Part shown: positions 24,502-38,047 of the stretch, one piece after another
Position numbering within the stretch: position 1 is the stretch's first letter
How the letters are laid out: each line of letters opens with the position of its first letter
Assembly: GCA_951406725.2 (NCBI GenBank)
Contig: OX597818.1
Location: forward strand, 54,250,001 to 54,314,000
Source: Octopus vulgaris
Taxonomy: Eukaryota
Length of the DNA stretch: 64,000 bases
Direction: 5' to 3'
Program-made: the position numbers and the translations under genes
Notes under the pieces: model-generated
What the model was told of the DNA's origin: nothing
Database searches by the model: none
The model's input: the letters and a program-made list of their open reading frames with translations, nothing else

Positions 24502-27500
24502 CAGCTGCATCCTCATTACACGAGAAAAGCCATTGCCAAGGAAGACTTACTGAAATGACTTACTGCTGCCAGTTCGTGTAGACATTCACCAGCAGGTGCC
24601 CGAACAAGCCTGGCATACTTTTATACAGTTCATAGGGTAGACCATCCAGTCCCGGCGCCTTACGCGTGCCGCAGTCCGCCATAGCCTCAATTACCTCCTC
24701 AGGCGTGATCGGCCCTTCACAACACTCCGCATTCTGCCTCGATAACGCGGCAGCCAGTCGAGGAAGTCTGTTAGGTCCCTCCTACTGTCCGGTCTGCCGC
24801 CTCCACCGAAAAGCTGGGTGAAGTGCTCCTGAAAGACCTCACACATCTCCTCGGGCTCGTTTATCAACTTACCTCGTTGGTTTGTCAAAGATCGAGTTGT
24901 GCCATCGTTGACACGTTGTGCTTCCACCACACGGGCCCATCTCGCGGCCTCGATTCCTTCACAACCCAATGCACGAATCCTAGCTCTGACAATGCAACCC
25001 ATATGTTGGGCTTCGAAGTGCTGGTTTAACGCCAGTCTCTTGAGCTGCAGAGCCAGATTCCATTGGTTCCTCTAAGTCCTTAGCTAATGCTAATCCCTTC
25101 CTAGTCTCTCTAGCCACTAAACCTGTGCTATATCTAATAGACTCAAATTTAATGGCTCGCTTGAGGGCATACCGCCATTTGTTATTAATAACAGATCCGG
25201 TTAATGCCCTCTGAATCAATAACTTAATCCGGTCTCTGTACTCCTTAATCGCCAAAAAGAGACGTATTAAGTTTCCAGTAACCGGATCCTCTATTATATA
25301 TAACTTATCTATGTCGAGCGTACAGGTGATCAGTTTAGGATTACTGTAGCTGACCGGGAATAACTGTGGACACCTAACAATATCCTTATCTGCTTTTCTA
25401 ATTAACACCCTATCTAGGTATGACCTGAAAGATCCGTCGCTGTTTGACCATGTCCACAATGGAGCGTTCGGAAATTCCAGCCTATAAGGATCTGCTTGCT
25501 CAAAGCGGCTTAGCAGTTCCAGGAAGCAAGGATTACCTCTTCTATCAGAACACGAACCAACATAATCTACGCGTACCTCGCAGATTGTGTTATAGTCTCC
25601 TAGCACAACTAGAGAATGTGATGTACAGAGAAACTTCTCCAGGTTCCGAAAATACTCACTTTGCCTGTTTTCAGTGGGTGCATAAATTGCAACGAGTCTG
25701 ATAATCTTAACACGGTTAAGCGTGAAATCCATGACGACCAGCCTACCTTCTGGATCTGAAAAAAAAAAAAAACTTTTTCTCAGAAACCCAGTTTCTTTTT
25801 AACAGGACCAACACCCCACTCCCGCCAGTAGGACAGCCCGGAGGGAAAAAACTCTCGTAGCCATCAAATTGCGGGAGGATATCTCTTGGCCCCCTTAACC
25901 TGGTTTCCGTAGCAATAATGACATCCAAATTGCGCGACCTGATGTCATTAAGGAAGCGACCTTGCTTCCAGTTTGACCCCAGGCCACGCACATTCAAACA
26001 ACCAGCATGAATACAAGCCATCTACTTACCTTGGCTTTCGTCCTTGTCCTTTTCCTTGGGGTGGTTTTTCGAGGGGTGGTTTCACATAGGTCATCGTACA
26101 TGGACTTACAACCTCGGAGGGCCTATGTCTGTGGGGAAATATAATTTTAATACTGCGAGATTTATATCGTCTATTTGTATTATCAAAATTCCTTCCGGAA
26201 GTTTTGTGTAATGTTTTTTGTATATTTTTGCTGTAGGAATATTTTTAATCCGTGTTGTCAATTGTTCGTCCATGGCATTTATTGCCACTAATAATAACTT
26301 GTTTTGCCATATTTTTTCCGAGGACTGGAGAAGAGGGATGATTTTCCTCGGCTGTACTAGGGGAGGGATATTGGGAGTGGAGGATAGGGATTGGAGGGGG
26401 TGAAATATCGGGGCTTGAGGTTATCAGGGTTGGAAGGAGGGGATATGATTTTTTTTGTGAATAGTGGTGGGGAGAGGTAGTTTGAATATCATGTCTGTCT
26501 GCTGACGGAGTTTTTTTCTTGTTCGAGCTGGATGTTGAGGGAGCAGGATTGGGGTTCTTCCTTTTGGTTACTTTTTTCTTTTTACGGTAAACCATCCATC
26601 TTCACTCCCAGCTGGTTGAGTGTTTTCATTGTTGGGAGCCTGCTGGTCGGTCTTCTGTGTCTCTGCCTCTTATGCATCCTTTTTTTGGGCCGTCTGCACC
26701 TTACGGTGCAGTTTGCCCGCATGTGGCCCTTCTCACCACGGTCTTTCCTCTCCACCATTACCTGTAAGGTGGTTTCTTCTCGGAAGTGTATATTATTTAC
26801 GATCTTTTCCAGGGTCTGTGGCGCCGCTTAGATAATGACCTCGAGACCTTGCCCCTTCCAGTTCTGCTGGTGGATTTTTGAGGCCTCTAATATTGTTATT
26901 TCGCCTTCGAGCCCCATTAGTAGGGCTGGGAGTAGCCATGAATCGTTCACTTCTGGCGGGAACTCTTCTTTTGTGATTTTTGATGTGCGCCTGCCTAAGT
27001 ATGTTGGTAATATCACAATGTCTGTGGTTCTCAAAGGTTGTACTGAGTGTGTTTTTGCTTTCTCTTTGCTCTTGAAATAAACTACTACAGTGGAAAAGTG
27101 TTTCCCTCTGGCCAGGTATTCTATGTTCGGCCAGATCGGCTGCAGGCATTTTTCTATAGCTTCTTTTTGGTGCTTTGTCGAGTTTCTTTTCTTCTGTAAG
27201 AGTCTTAAACACAACTATTTTTTTTGCAGTTTCTTCTATGATTTCACTTGGGAGGGTGGCTTTTACGTCGTATCCCTCCTTTGGAAACATGGTGTAGTGC
27301 TGCATTAGCACACTTCAGTCAACACATAATTTTTCTTTTTTTTTACTCCAGCTGCAAAATCAATCTTTCTTACTGGTCCTACAAGTTTGTCTGCCGTCGG
27401 CATACTCAACATTTCAGTTTTTTTCTTTGCAGAGGAAGTATTCATTTTAAACAAAATAAATTTGTGGAAAAACGCCACAAAAAATAGATAATTGCCCCAC

Positions 27501-27640
27501 CCCTCACGGAGGGGAATAAAAGTCCACTCCATCTGCCACACGCAGAACGGTATTACTAACAACACAAAGAAAATAATTCAGCAACAACAATTCCAACACT
27601 AACCTTAAAGCAAAAATACACCACAGAATTAACCACAAGT
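24500..27640 (-). mobile_element. Decayed Tx1/L1-clade LINE (ORF1 + APE endonuclease + start of RT), 3'-truncated
   Basis: ORF2 start GCLNVRGL...DVIIATETRL, VAIYAP, LGDYN, SYLDRVL, then APGLDGLPYELY near 24620-24660; frameshifted ORF1 pieces 26245-27400. Confidence 0.85.
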
Positions 27641-27649
27641 AACAAAACC

Positions 27650-28265
27650 TATTTCTTTACTACCCACAAGGGGCTAAACATAGAGGGGACAAACAAGGAC
27701 AGACAAACTGATTACATCGACCCCAGCGCGTAGCTGGTAATTATTTAATCGACCCCGAAAGGATGAAAGGCAAAGTCGACCTCGGCGGAATTTGAACTCA
27801 GAACGTAGCGGCAGACGAAATACTTATTTCTTTACTACCCACAAGGGGCTAAACACAGAGGGGACAAACAAGGACAGACAAAGGGATTAAGTCGATAATT
27901 AAGTCGTATCTGGTACTTTATTTATCGACCCCGAAAGGATGAAAGGCAAAGTCGACCTCGGCGGAATTTGAACTCAGAACGTAGCATCAGACGAAATACT
28001 TATTTTTTTACTACCCACAAGGGGCTAAACACAGAGAGGAGAAATAAGGACAGACAAACGGATTAAGTCAATTATATCGACCCCAGTGCGTATCTGGTAC
28101 TTTATTTATCGACCCCAAAAGGATGAAAGGCAAAGTCGACCTCGGCGGAATTTGAACTCAGAACGTAGTATCAGACGAAATACTTATTTTTTTTACTACC
28201 CACAAGGAGCTAAACACAGAGAGGAGAAATAGGGACAGACAAACGTTTCTTCCAGCTCGCCGCCT
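27650..28265 (-). mobile_element. Tandem SINE array (~3.5 units)
   Basis: Same unit and junction as the 8155 and 20781 arrays. Confidence 0.85.
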
Positions 28266-29089
28266 TTCAAGCACCGCATATTACCAATGACCCTCGATCA
28301 CTTGTGATTGTCTCTGCGAGGTTCAATGCTGAAAAGGTGATTTTAACGTTTACTACTTTATAATTTATCAACCAGAGGCGTAGCCAGGTTCTAAAGTTAG
28401 GAGAAGTGAGCACATGAAAAAAAGAAATTAAAAGGCACAGTGAAACATACCAAACAATTTTCAACACATTTTATAAAAAGCACCAATTTTTAAAAATGTA
28501 CTCCCTGGAGGCGGGAGATCGCACCACTGAACTACGCTCCTGCTTTCATCAGGTACTTGTCCACTTGACAAGTACCCTTCATCATAGGAAAACAAATACA
28601 GCTACACATAAAAATGCTTTAAAAATAGCTATAAAATAACAATACATATAGTTATTACATAAAATTATAAAATTATGAATTTTATTTTATAGAAATTGTT
28701 CGCCAGCAGCGAATGTTCTTAGCAGAAATTACGATGGATAAATATAAATTTCAAGTGTTTTACATACTCACACACACATACATTTATTTATGCCTTTATT
28801 GGCCATACTTCGTTTTTACCCTCAGATCTGTGGTTTTTATTATTCGTTAATTTCTGTAAAAATATTTTATGCCTTCAGAAGTAACAAAGTGATTCAAAGT
28901 TGGAAAGTTTGTTGCGTTGGCACTTATCAAACGTACGAAGCTCTCGGACCCTGAATGAATCTATCACCTCTGCTAAATATAAATAAAAATATACATATAC
29001 TTCCTACATTCACAGCCTTAGGGCTGATACGTATAGCAAGATAACAGAGAGTACGTGTACACGGGGAGAGAGAGAGAAGACGAAAGATT

Positions 29090-29939
29090 TTACTTGTAAA
29101 AGTATAACTCTTTCATTAACATGTTTGCCACGCAAGGAACCTGTTTCATTTTAGTGCAAGAATGCTCATATTCATAGGCAACCTTACGGTTTACCAAAAT
29201 CATTAATTGTTGCAGTTCAAGTCGGTCTCCGTGTTTTCCCAAAATGCGGGCTAGCGATTGAATGAACCAAGATCCAGTCGTAGAACGTCTATAGGAGTAA
29301 AATCCAGGGACAGTGGAATAAGCCAGAAGCATGTCGGCCCCAAGTGGTACTTTGTGAGATGTGACATTTTGATATTTCACTCTAAAATCGCCGGCATCGT
29401 GCATAGGTGCACCGCTGTCCTCTTTCCTTCCCCGACAGGCTTGTACGAAGAATAGTTTTGGCTTACCTATTAAGCTCGGACATCTATCGGGAAGAAACAA
29501 CTCCACTAAATCGTCAAGTTTTACTTTACCATCAGTTCCACATACGTGGTTATTATTTTCACCGTGAGTCAATATAACACAAACGAAGCAGTTATACTTC
29601 GCATGCTCCATCGTGGATATATCCTTAAAGATTTGCTTCATGTGTTTCACTGATAAATTCTTGCGGTCGATCACCTCAAAATGCAATGACTTCAAAGTCT
29701 TTTTAATTGCTGATGCATCTCTGTCGGATCCTTGTCGGTAAGACATACCAGTCGATTCGTCAAACTCCACGTTATTTATTATTAAAGCCAGATTTTTTTT
29801 CGCGATCCATGTCATATCTGGCATTTACAGATTCGCTACTTCCTTCAACAGACACCATTTCAACATCTTCAGGTTGTGAATCGGGATCTTTCTCTTTAAA
29901 AAATATACCTTCAACACGTTGTGCATCTGCGTAATCCAT
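29090..29939 (-). pseudogene. Caspase-3/7-like copy 3 (YRR/short-L4 class); single frameshift in an A-run (pseudogene or assembly error)
   Basis: A8 at 29793-29800 versus A10 in copy 2; restoring 2 nt gives an 852-nt, 283-aa ORF with LTHG, QACRG and SYRRSTTGSWF intact. Confidence 0.85.
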
Positions 29940-30230
29940 GGTTGAGCGGAATGTGTATGAACAAGCAGAAAAGAGTCGGAACAAGAAACCGCGCGGAAAA
30001 AAACCAAAAAAATTTCGCAGGTTTTTCCCCCAGTTCTGCGCAGAAGAAACAAGAGGTAAACAGTCTCCTTCGCTTATTTCAATGCAATGTGGGTATTCAG
30101 TGTATAAGCGAATATATGTATGATTCACTACATGATAGTTAATATGGCTTAATGATTAATAAAGTAAAAGTAATGTAAGGGTGTAAAGGTCGACAACTTG
30201 AGCACAAGGGAACGAGGTTCTGTGACCATA

Positions 30231-30254
30231 CGTCACTTCCGCATAATTTCCCCG
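30231..30254 (-). promoter_or_regulatory. ETS-CRE composite motif (CGGAAGTGACG) upstream of copy 3
   Basis: Identical 11-mer conserved at 47913-47923 upstream of copy 4 while the surrounding sequence has diverged. Confidence 0.5.
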
Positions 30255-30329
30255 TTATTTGCAAAGGTTATTTTCCCCAAGTTAAAACGCGTAATGTGTA
30301 AAAAGAGAAATTAATCACTAAACAATACA

Positions 30330-30660
30330 TGTTTCTTTACTACCCAGAAGGGGCTAAACACAGAGAGAGGACAAACAAGGACAGACAAACGGATCAAGTC
30401 GATTACATCGACCCCCGCCCCCCAGTGCGTAACTGGTACTTAATTTATCGACCCTGAAAGGATGAAAGGCAAAGTCGTTCTCGGCGGAATTCGAACGCAG
30501 GAGTGGCTGTGTGGTTAGTAGCTTGTTTCCCAACCATAAGGTTCCAGGTTCAGCCCCACTGCGTGGCTCCTTGGGTAAGTGTCTTCTACTATTGTCTCTG
30601 GCCGACCAAAGCCTTGTGGGTGGATTTCATGAGCCGGAATCTAAAAGAAACCCGTCATAT
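30330..30660. mobile_element. Two adjacent SINE fragments (different families, opposite orientation)
   Basis: tttctttactacccagaagggg... fused to ggagtggctgtgtggttag... Confidence 0.75.
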
Positions 30661-30689
30661 ATATATATATGCACCCCCCACCCATATAT

Positions 30690-31447
<758 letters not shown>

Positions 31448-31827
31448 TCTCTTATTATAAAGGGCAGATTTTATCTGTCTCCCTTTGGGAGTTATACAAA
31501 TCTACAATATAGGATTTCTTCAATTACAATTTACCTGGCATTTTTAAGAGTACAATGCATCGCGTCATGCCAGGTCCAGTTTTTAAAATTTAAACTCCAA
31601 TTAAGCAAAATTTACAGAAAACTCACATTCTGGTGTGTGTGTCAAATGCTTTTCTTAGTCTGGTTTATACCACACGCAAACGCACACACACAGTGGGCAA
31701 CGAATAAAATGAAACTAATTCACTTACTGTAGTGAGTGATTCTTTCACTCTGCCTCCCACTTCCTCTTTCCACACATACACACGCAAATATATAAATAAA
31801 ATTGTAAGCTAACGTGCGTGTGTGTGA

Positions 31828-31860
<33 letters not shown>

Positions 31861-32327
31861 TGACGGTGCGTGTGTGTGTGTGTGCGTGTGACAGGAAAGT
31901 TTTTTTAGACGAATATAACACCTATATCCAAGTAGCAGAAAGATAAGACAGTAAGGTGTGATTTGAGGGAGATTTGGCTGCTATTTCTACCAGGTCTAGC
32001 TACCATGTAGAGGTCCCCCTCAATTCTTTTATTCTTCTGCTTTTTCCAGCCATTGCTCTGTGGCCATGCTGGGGCAATGCCTTGAAGAATTGTAGTTTAA
32101 TGAATCAACTCCAGTTTTATTTTTGTAAGCATTGTACTTATTCTATCTGTTTCCTTTGTCAAACCACTAGGTGACAGGGATGTAAACAAACCAACATTCG
32201 TTGTCAAGCAGTGGTGGAGGACAATCACAAGCACAGACACGCACACACACACACATACATGCATACACATATACACACATACATACATACATACATATAT
32301 ATATATATATGTGTGTGTATATATATA

Positions 32328-32586
32328 TTGCAGCGTGGAAGGTGTTTGTAAGCCATTTAAGAAACACACAAAAACCGTTACATTCACTTCAACATTTAAA
32401 TTTAATTTGCCAAAATATTTTCCTCGCTTTGAGACCGCGACCTGTTCACTGACAAAAATATCGTGCTAACATGTTGCGGTCTCAAAGCGACGAAAATATT
32501 TTGACAAATTAAATTTAAATGTTGAAGTGAATCTAACGGTTTTTGTGTGTTTCTTAAATGGCTTATAAACACCTTCAACGCTGCAA
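32328..32586. repeat. Inverted repeat (~115-bp arms), fold-back/Penelope-like fragment
   Basis: ttgcagcgtggaaggtgtttgtaagccatttaag...cttaaatggcttataaacaccttcaacgctgcaa; a single arm recurs at ~45278-45440. Confidence 0.8.
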
Positions 32587-32750
32587 CTGTTTTCGTTCCA
32601 GCACACAATCTCAGATCAAGTCACTTGCTATGCAAGTACATCTCTGTAACTATATATATATTTATATATATATATATATATGTATATTGGTAAAAACAGT
32701 AAGATAACAAAAGAAAGAAAGAGACCTCAATATTATGTAAATAGAGGAAA

Positions 32751-33142
32751 TCTTTATATATAAAAGTGAGGTTGTGTGTCTGTCTCCTACGATTTAGATT
32801 TCTTACTCCCACATTTTGCGGTGCAGTTTAACCAAAACCGGGTATCTTATAGTCGTGATTCATATCGATACCGTCTGGGTATTAGCGCGCGTCTACGATG
32901 AGTCTACGATTTAAAAAAAAATTTACTATCAATTTTTCCCATTTTTAATCCATTTTTGACATATATAAGGGAAGTAACTCTCTAAAATTTATTATTAAAT
33001 CTCAGAACGTAAAAAGCTACAGTAACACCCCTCCCCCTTTGTGGTTAGCCATATTGAGATGGCTATTATACTTTACATCTCTAAAAATGCTTATATAATT
33101 ATTTCCCTTACAAACCCGAGCAACGCCGGGCGATACTGCTAG
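32751..33142 (+). mobile_element. Non-autonomous Helitron
   Basis: A|TCTTTATATATAAAAG...cccgagcaacgccgggcgatactgCTAG|T; same family as 53702-54095. Confidence 0.85.
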
Positions 33143-33181
33143 TACATATATATACATACACATATATATGAACATATGTAC

Positions 33182-33219
<38 letters not shown>

Positions 33220-34796
33220 GAAGACCTGTTGAGGCAAGTGAAAATCAAAACAAATCAAAATAGATGAACATCAATGGAATTTGTATCTTTGTGGTACCAG
33301 TGCCGGTGGCACACAAGAATCCATCCGTATGTGGCCGTAGTCAGTACCGCATCACTGGCCATCGTGCTGTGGGCACATAACAAACACCATCCGTTCGTGG
33401 CCGTTCGCCAGCCTCATCTAGCACCTGTGTCGGTGGCACATAAAAACACCATCCGAAGACCCGGCAAGACTAGTCAGGCCATAACCCATGGCCCCTACCT
33501 GGGACGTAGTCAGTCCACCTGTGCATACCTTCCTCCTTGTGATACTTGTGAAGGCCTGTTGAGGCAAGTGAAAATCAAAATGAAATCAAATCAAAACAAA
33601 TCAAAATAGATGAACATTAATGGAATTGTATCTTTGTGGTACCAGTGCCGGTGGCACGTGGCACACAAGAAAACCATCCGAACGTGGCCGTAGCCAGTGC
33701 CGCATCGACTGGCCTCCGTGCTGTGGGCACGTAACAAACACCATCCGATCGTGGCCATCGTGCTGTGGGCACATAACAAACACCATCCGTTCGTGGCCGT
33801 TCGCCAGCCTCATCTAGCACCTGTGTCGGTGGCACATAAAAACACCATCCGAAGACCCGGCAAGACTAGTCAGGCCATATCCCATGGCCCCTACCTGGGA
33901 CGTAGTCAGTCCACCTGTGCATACCTTCCTCCTTGTGATACTTGTGAAGGCCTGTTGAGGCAAGTGAAAATCAAAATGAAATCAAAACAAATCAAATCAA
34001 ATCAAATCAAAACAAATCAAAATAGATGAACATTAATGGAATTGTATCTTGTGGTACCAGTGCCGGTGGCACACAAGAAAACCATCCGAACGTGGCCGTA
34101 GCCAGTACCGCACCGACTGGCCTCCGTGCTGTGGGCACGTAACAAACACCATCCGATCGTGGCCGTTCGCCAGCCTCATCTGGCACCTGTGTCGGTGGCA
34201 CATAAAAACACCATCCGAAGACCCGGCAAGACTAGTCAGGCCATAACCTGTGGCCCCCTACCTGGGACGTAGTCAGTCCACCTGTGCATACCTTCCTTCT
34301 TGTGACACTTGTGAAGACCGAAGACCTGTTGAGGCAAGTGAAAATCAAAACAAATCAAAATAGATGAACATCAATGGAATTTGTATCTTTGTGGTACCAG
34401 TGCCGGTGGCACGTGGCACACAAGAAAACCATCCGAACGTGGCCGTAGCCAGTGCCGCATCGACTGGCCTCCGTGCTGTGGGCACGTAACAAACACCATC
34501 CGATCGTGGCCGTTTGCCAGCCTCATCTGGCACCTGTGTCGGTGGCACATAAAAACACCATCCGAGCGTGGCCGTCTGCCAGCCTCGTCTGGCACCTGTG
34601 TCGGTGGCACATAAAAAACACCATCCGAGCGTGGCCGTTTGCCAGCCTTGTCTGGCACCTGTGTCGGTGGCACATAAAATCACCCACTACACTCTCGGAG
34701 TGGTTGGCGTTAGGAAGGGCATCCAGCTGTAGAAACACTGCCAGATCTGACTGGACTGCTAGCATGGAAAGCGGACGTTAAATGATGATGATGATG

Positions 34797-34797
<1 letters not shown>
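33220..34797 (+). repeat. Four ~330-400-bp tandem units ending in an RTE-type retroposon tail
   Basis: Units begin gaag(a/g)cctgttgaggcaagtgaaaatc at ~33220, 33550, 33946 and 34320; ends ggttggcgttaggaagggcatccagc...(GAT)n. Confidence 0.8.
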
Positions 34798-34832
<35 letters not shown>

Positions 34833-34839
34833 GTATACA

Positions 34840-34870
<31 letters not shown>

Positions 34871-35088
34871 GTATATATATATGTATATATGTATATATAT
34901 ATGTATATATATACATATATATATATATATACATATATATATGTATATATATACATATATATATATATGTATATATATATATGTATATATATATACACAT
35001 ATATATATGTATATATATATACATATATATATATGTATATATATATACATATATTTATATATATATACATATATTTATATATATATAC

Positions 35089-35146
<58 letters not shown>

Positions 35147-35347
35147 GTATATATATATACATATATATATATGTATATATATATGTATATATATATACAT
35201 ATATATATACATATATATATATATGTATATATATATGTATATATATATACATATATATATACATATATATATATATATACATATATATATGTATATATAT
35301 ATATATATATACATATATATATGTATATATATATGTATATATATATG

Positions 35348-35409
<62 letters not shown>

Positions 35410-35504
35410 CATGTATATATATACGTGCAGCCTTCGGGCTTGCCAGACCCCAGTTGAACCGTCCAACCCATGCTAGCATGGAAAGCGGACGTTAAACGAT
35501 GATG

Positions 35505-35553
<49 letters not shown>

Positions 35554-35603
35554 CATGTATATATATACATGTATATATGTATATATATATATATACATGT
35601 ATA

Positions 35604-35652
<49 letters not shown>

Positions 35653-35829
35653 GTATAAATCCTTAAATCCTTAAAAATGTTTTAGCCCGAAGGCCGCGGC
35701 CATGCTGGGGCACCACCGCTGAATGAGCTACACTAGTTTGTGAATCCACCTCTGATACGTGGCACTTGATCAACAAGGGAGTTCGATGCTGCTGCCCGCA
35801 TCCGTGTCTCCTGTCGTGAGGTAGGTATG

Positions 35830-35879
<50 letters not shown>

Positions 35880-35884
35880 TATAC

Positions 35885-35917
<33 letters not shown>

Positions 35918-35971
35918 TAAATATATATGTATATATATATATATATATATACATATATATACATAAATATA

Positions 35972-36025
<54 letters not shown>

Positions 36026-36046
36026 CACATATATATATATACACAC

Positions 36047-36109
<63 letters not shown>

Positions 36110-36112
36110 CAC

Positions 36113-36166
<54 letters not shown>
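34798..36166. repeat. (TA)n-rich microsatellite field with short retroelement tails
   Basis: Directly visible. Confidence 0.9.
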
Positions 36167-36168
<2 letters not shown>

Positions 36169-36289
36169 ACTGTGAAACCCATCAGTTGATAGACTGGCAC
36201 TGCAATTGCTTGTGGGACCTGCAACTATAAGTCAAGAAATAGGTAATTAAATGTCATTATGTCTGTGCAAGCTCGACTGTGTGAGGAAG

Positions 36290-36665
36290 ATTTCCATATG
36301 AAATGTTGCAGTGACAGGTTTTTTGAAGATGTCGATTAAGGGCACCTACTATGGCAATCCCTCAAGGTCAAGGATGATGGTCTTCGCGCAAATTTATTGG
36401 AGAGACCGCAGGTGACTGATAAAACCAATTCTTGCTCGAAAAGATCGGTCACAGTGCGGACATCCAGTGCCGGAAGGGAGAGTCGCACGTGGTTGTTGTT
36501 GGCGCTCCTTCCGTCGTCGTCTTTTCTCCTCCAGCTCTGCAGACCTTTTCGACTCGAAATTCGCCGTTCCCTCATGGACGGTGGTTTTCCAGAGTGGTCT
36601 GTTTTTTACCGTTTCCTCCCAGTTGGTGAAGTCAATGTCACACTTTTTGAGGTTCGATTTCAGCT
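36290..36665 (-). mobile_element. RTE-clade LINE 3' fragment
   Basis: WEETVKNRPLWKTTVHEG...CPHCDRSFRARIGFISHLRS, an RTE/BovB-type C-terminal zinc finger. Confidence 0.8.
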
Positions 36666-37333
36666 TTTTTTTTTTTTTTAAGGGCACCACCTGTGGCATG
36701 TAAAAGGGCACCATTCGAGCGTGATCGTTACCAACGTCGCTTCACTGGCACCTGTGCTGGTGGCACGTGTAAAAAGATTCAAGCAAGGTCATTGCCAGTA
36801 CCGCCTGACTGGCTCCCGTGCTGGTGGTACGTAAAAAGCACCCACTACACTCTTGGAGTGGTTGGCGTTAGGAAGGGCATCCCGCTGTAGAAACTCTGCC
36901 AGATCAAGATTGGGGCCTGGTGCAGCCATCAGTCAAAATCGTCCAACCCATGCTAGCATGGAAAGCGGATAATTGTTTTTTTTTTTATTTAGATCATAAA
37001 TAGTAAGAAGCCAAAATAGAGTCTCCATCCCTATAATTCTTTATTTAAATAAAATAAATGCGCCCTTTTAAAGCCTAGCCAGGCTCATGGGCCCGGTTTC
37101 CTGGTTTCTATGGCGTATGTGTTCCCCAGCTGGACGGACACCAGTCCATATCAGCGTTACTCATTTTTGCCAGCAACGTGAAATGAAGTGTTTTGGAGCA
37201 ACGTGAAATGAAGTGTTTTGCTCAAGAACATGTGTCGCCCAGTCCAGGAATCGAAACCACAATCTTACGATCATGGTGCTGATACCCTAACCACTAAGCC
37301 ACGCGCCTCCACACCATTCCAATTCTCATAGGT

Positions 37334-37625
37334 CAGTGGTTCCCAAACTGGGTGATATTGCCTCCTTGGGGGCAGTGGAAAGTTCCAGGGGTGCGATAAT
37401 GGGGTAGCGATTCATGTAAAGATTGGGATGATAAAGGGGTGGTGATTCATGTAAAAACAACAAAATAATGGTTTCATTAGGTTAAGTTTTATTTGTGAAA
37501 TACAATTGCTTTGAATTTGCTTCAGAAAGGGGCCAATGTTTGTGATGGTTAGTTGGGGTGGTGGCACTGGGAACATGGCCTATGTGTCAAGGGGGTGGCA
37601 GCCCGAAAAAGTTTGGGAACCAGTC
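37334..37625. mobile_element. Degenerate hAT-type MITE
   Basis: cagtggttcccaaact...agtttgggaaccag termini. Confidence 0.6.
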
Positions 37626-38047
37626 ACAGCTGCCCCTTATAAGAAACACTGCCATAGCAGTAAGATTATTCAGCTTAAAATTGTAAAGTTGTGAGTTTGA
37701 TTCCTAGCAGGAAGTTGTGTCCTTAAGCAAGACACTTTACTTCCCACAGCTCCAGTCCACTCAGCTGGCAAAAATGAGAAGTATTTGTATTCAGAAAAGC
37801 TAGTCTTGCCATTTTCTGTGTCAAGCAAGCTGTTCTGTAAACCGGATCGACTGGATACCCTCATCGTCGTAATCGACAGAGTGTCACCTTTATATGAGCA
37901 GAACTGTAATTATAATAGAAGACTATCATGTGGCTTGCAACTTATACAGGGTGCAGATGTGGCTGTGTAGTAAGAAGTCTGCTTCCCAACAACAAGGTCT
38001 TGGGTTCAGTCCCACTGCGTGGCTCTTGAGCCATGTATCTTCTACAA

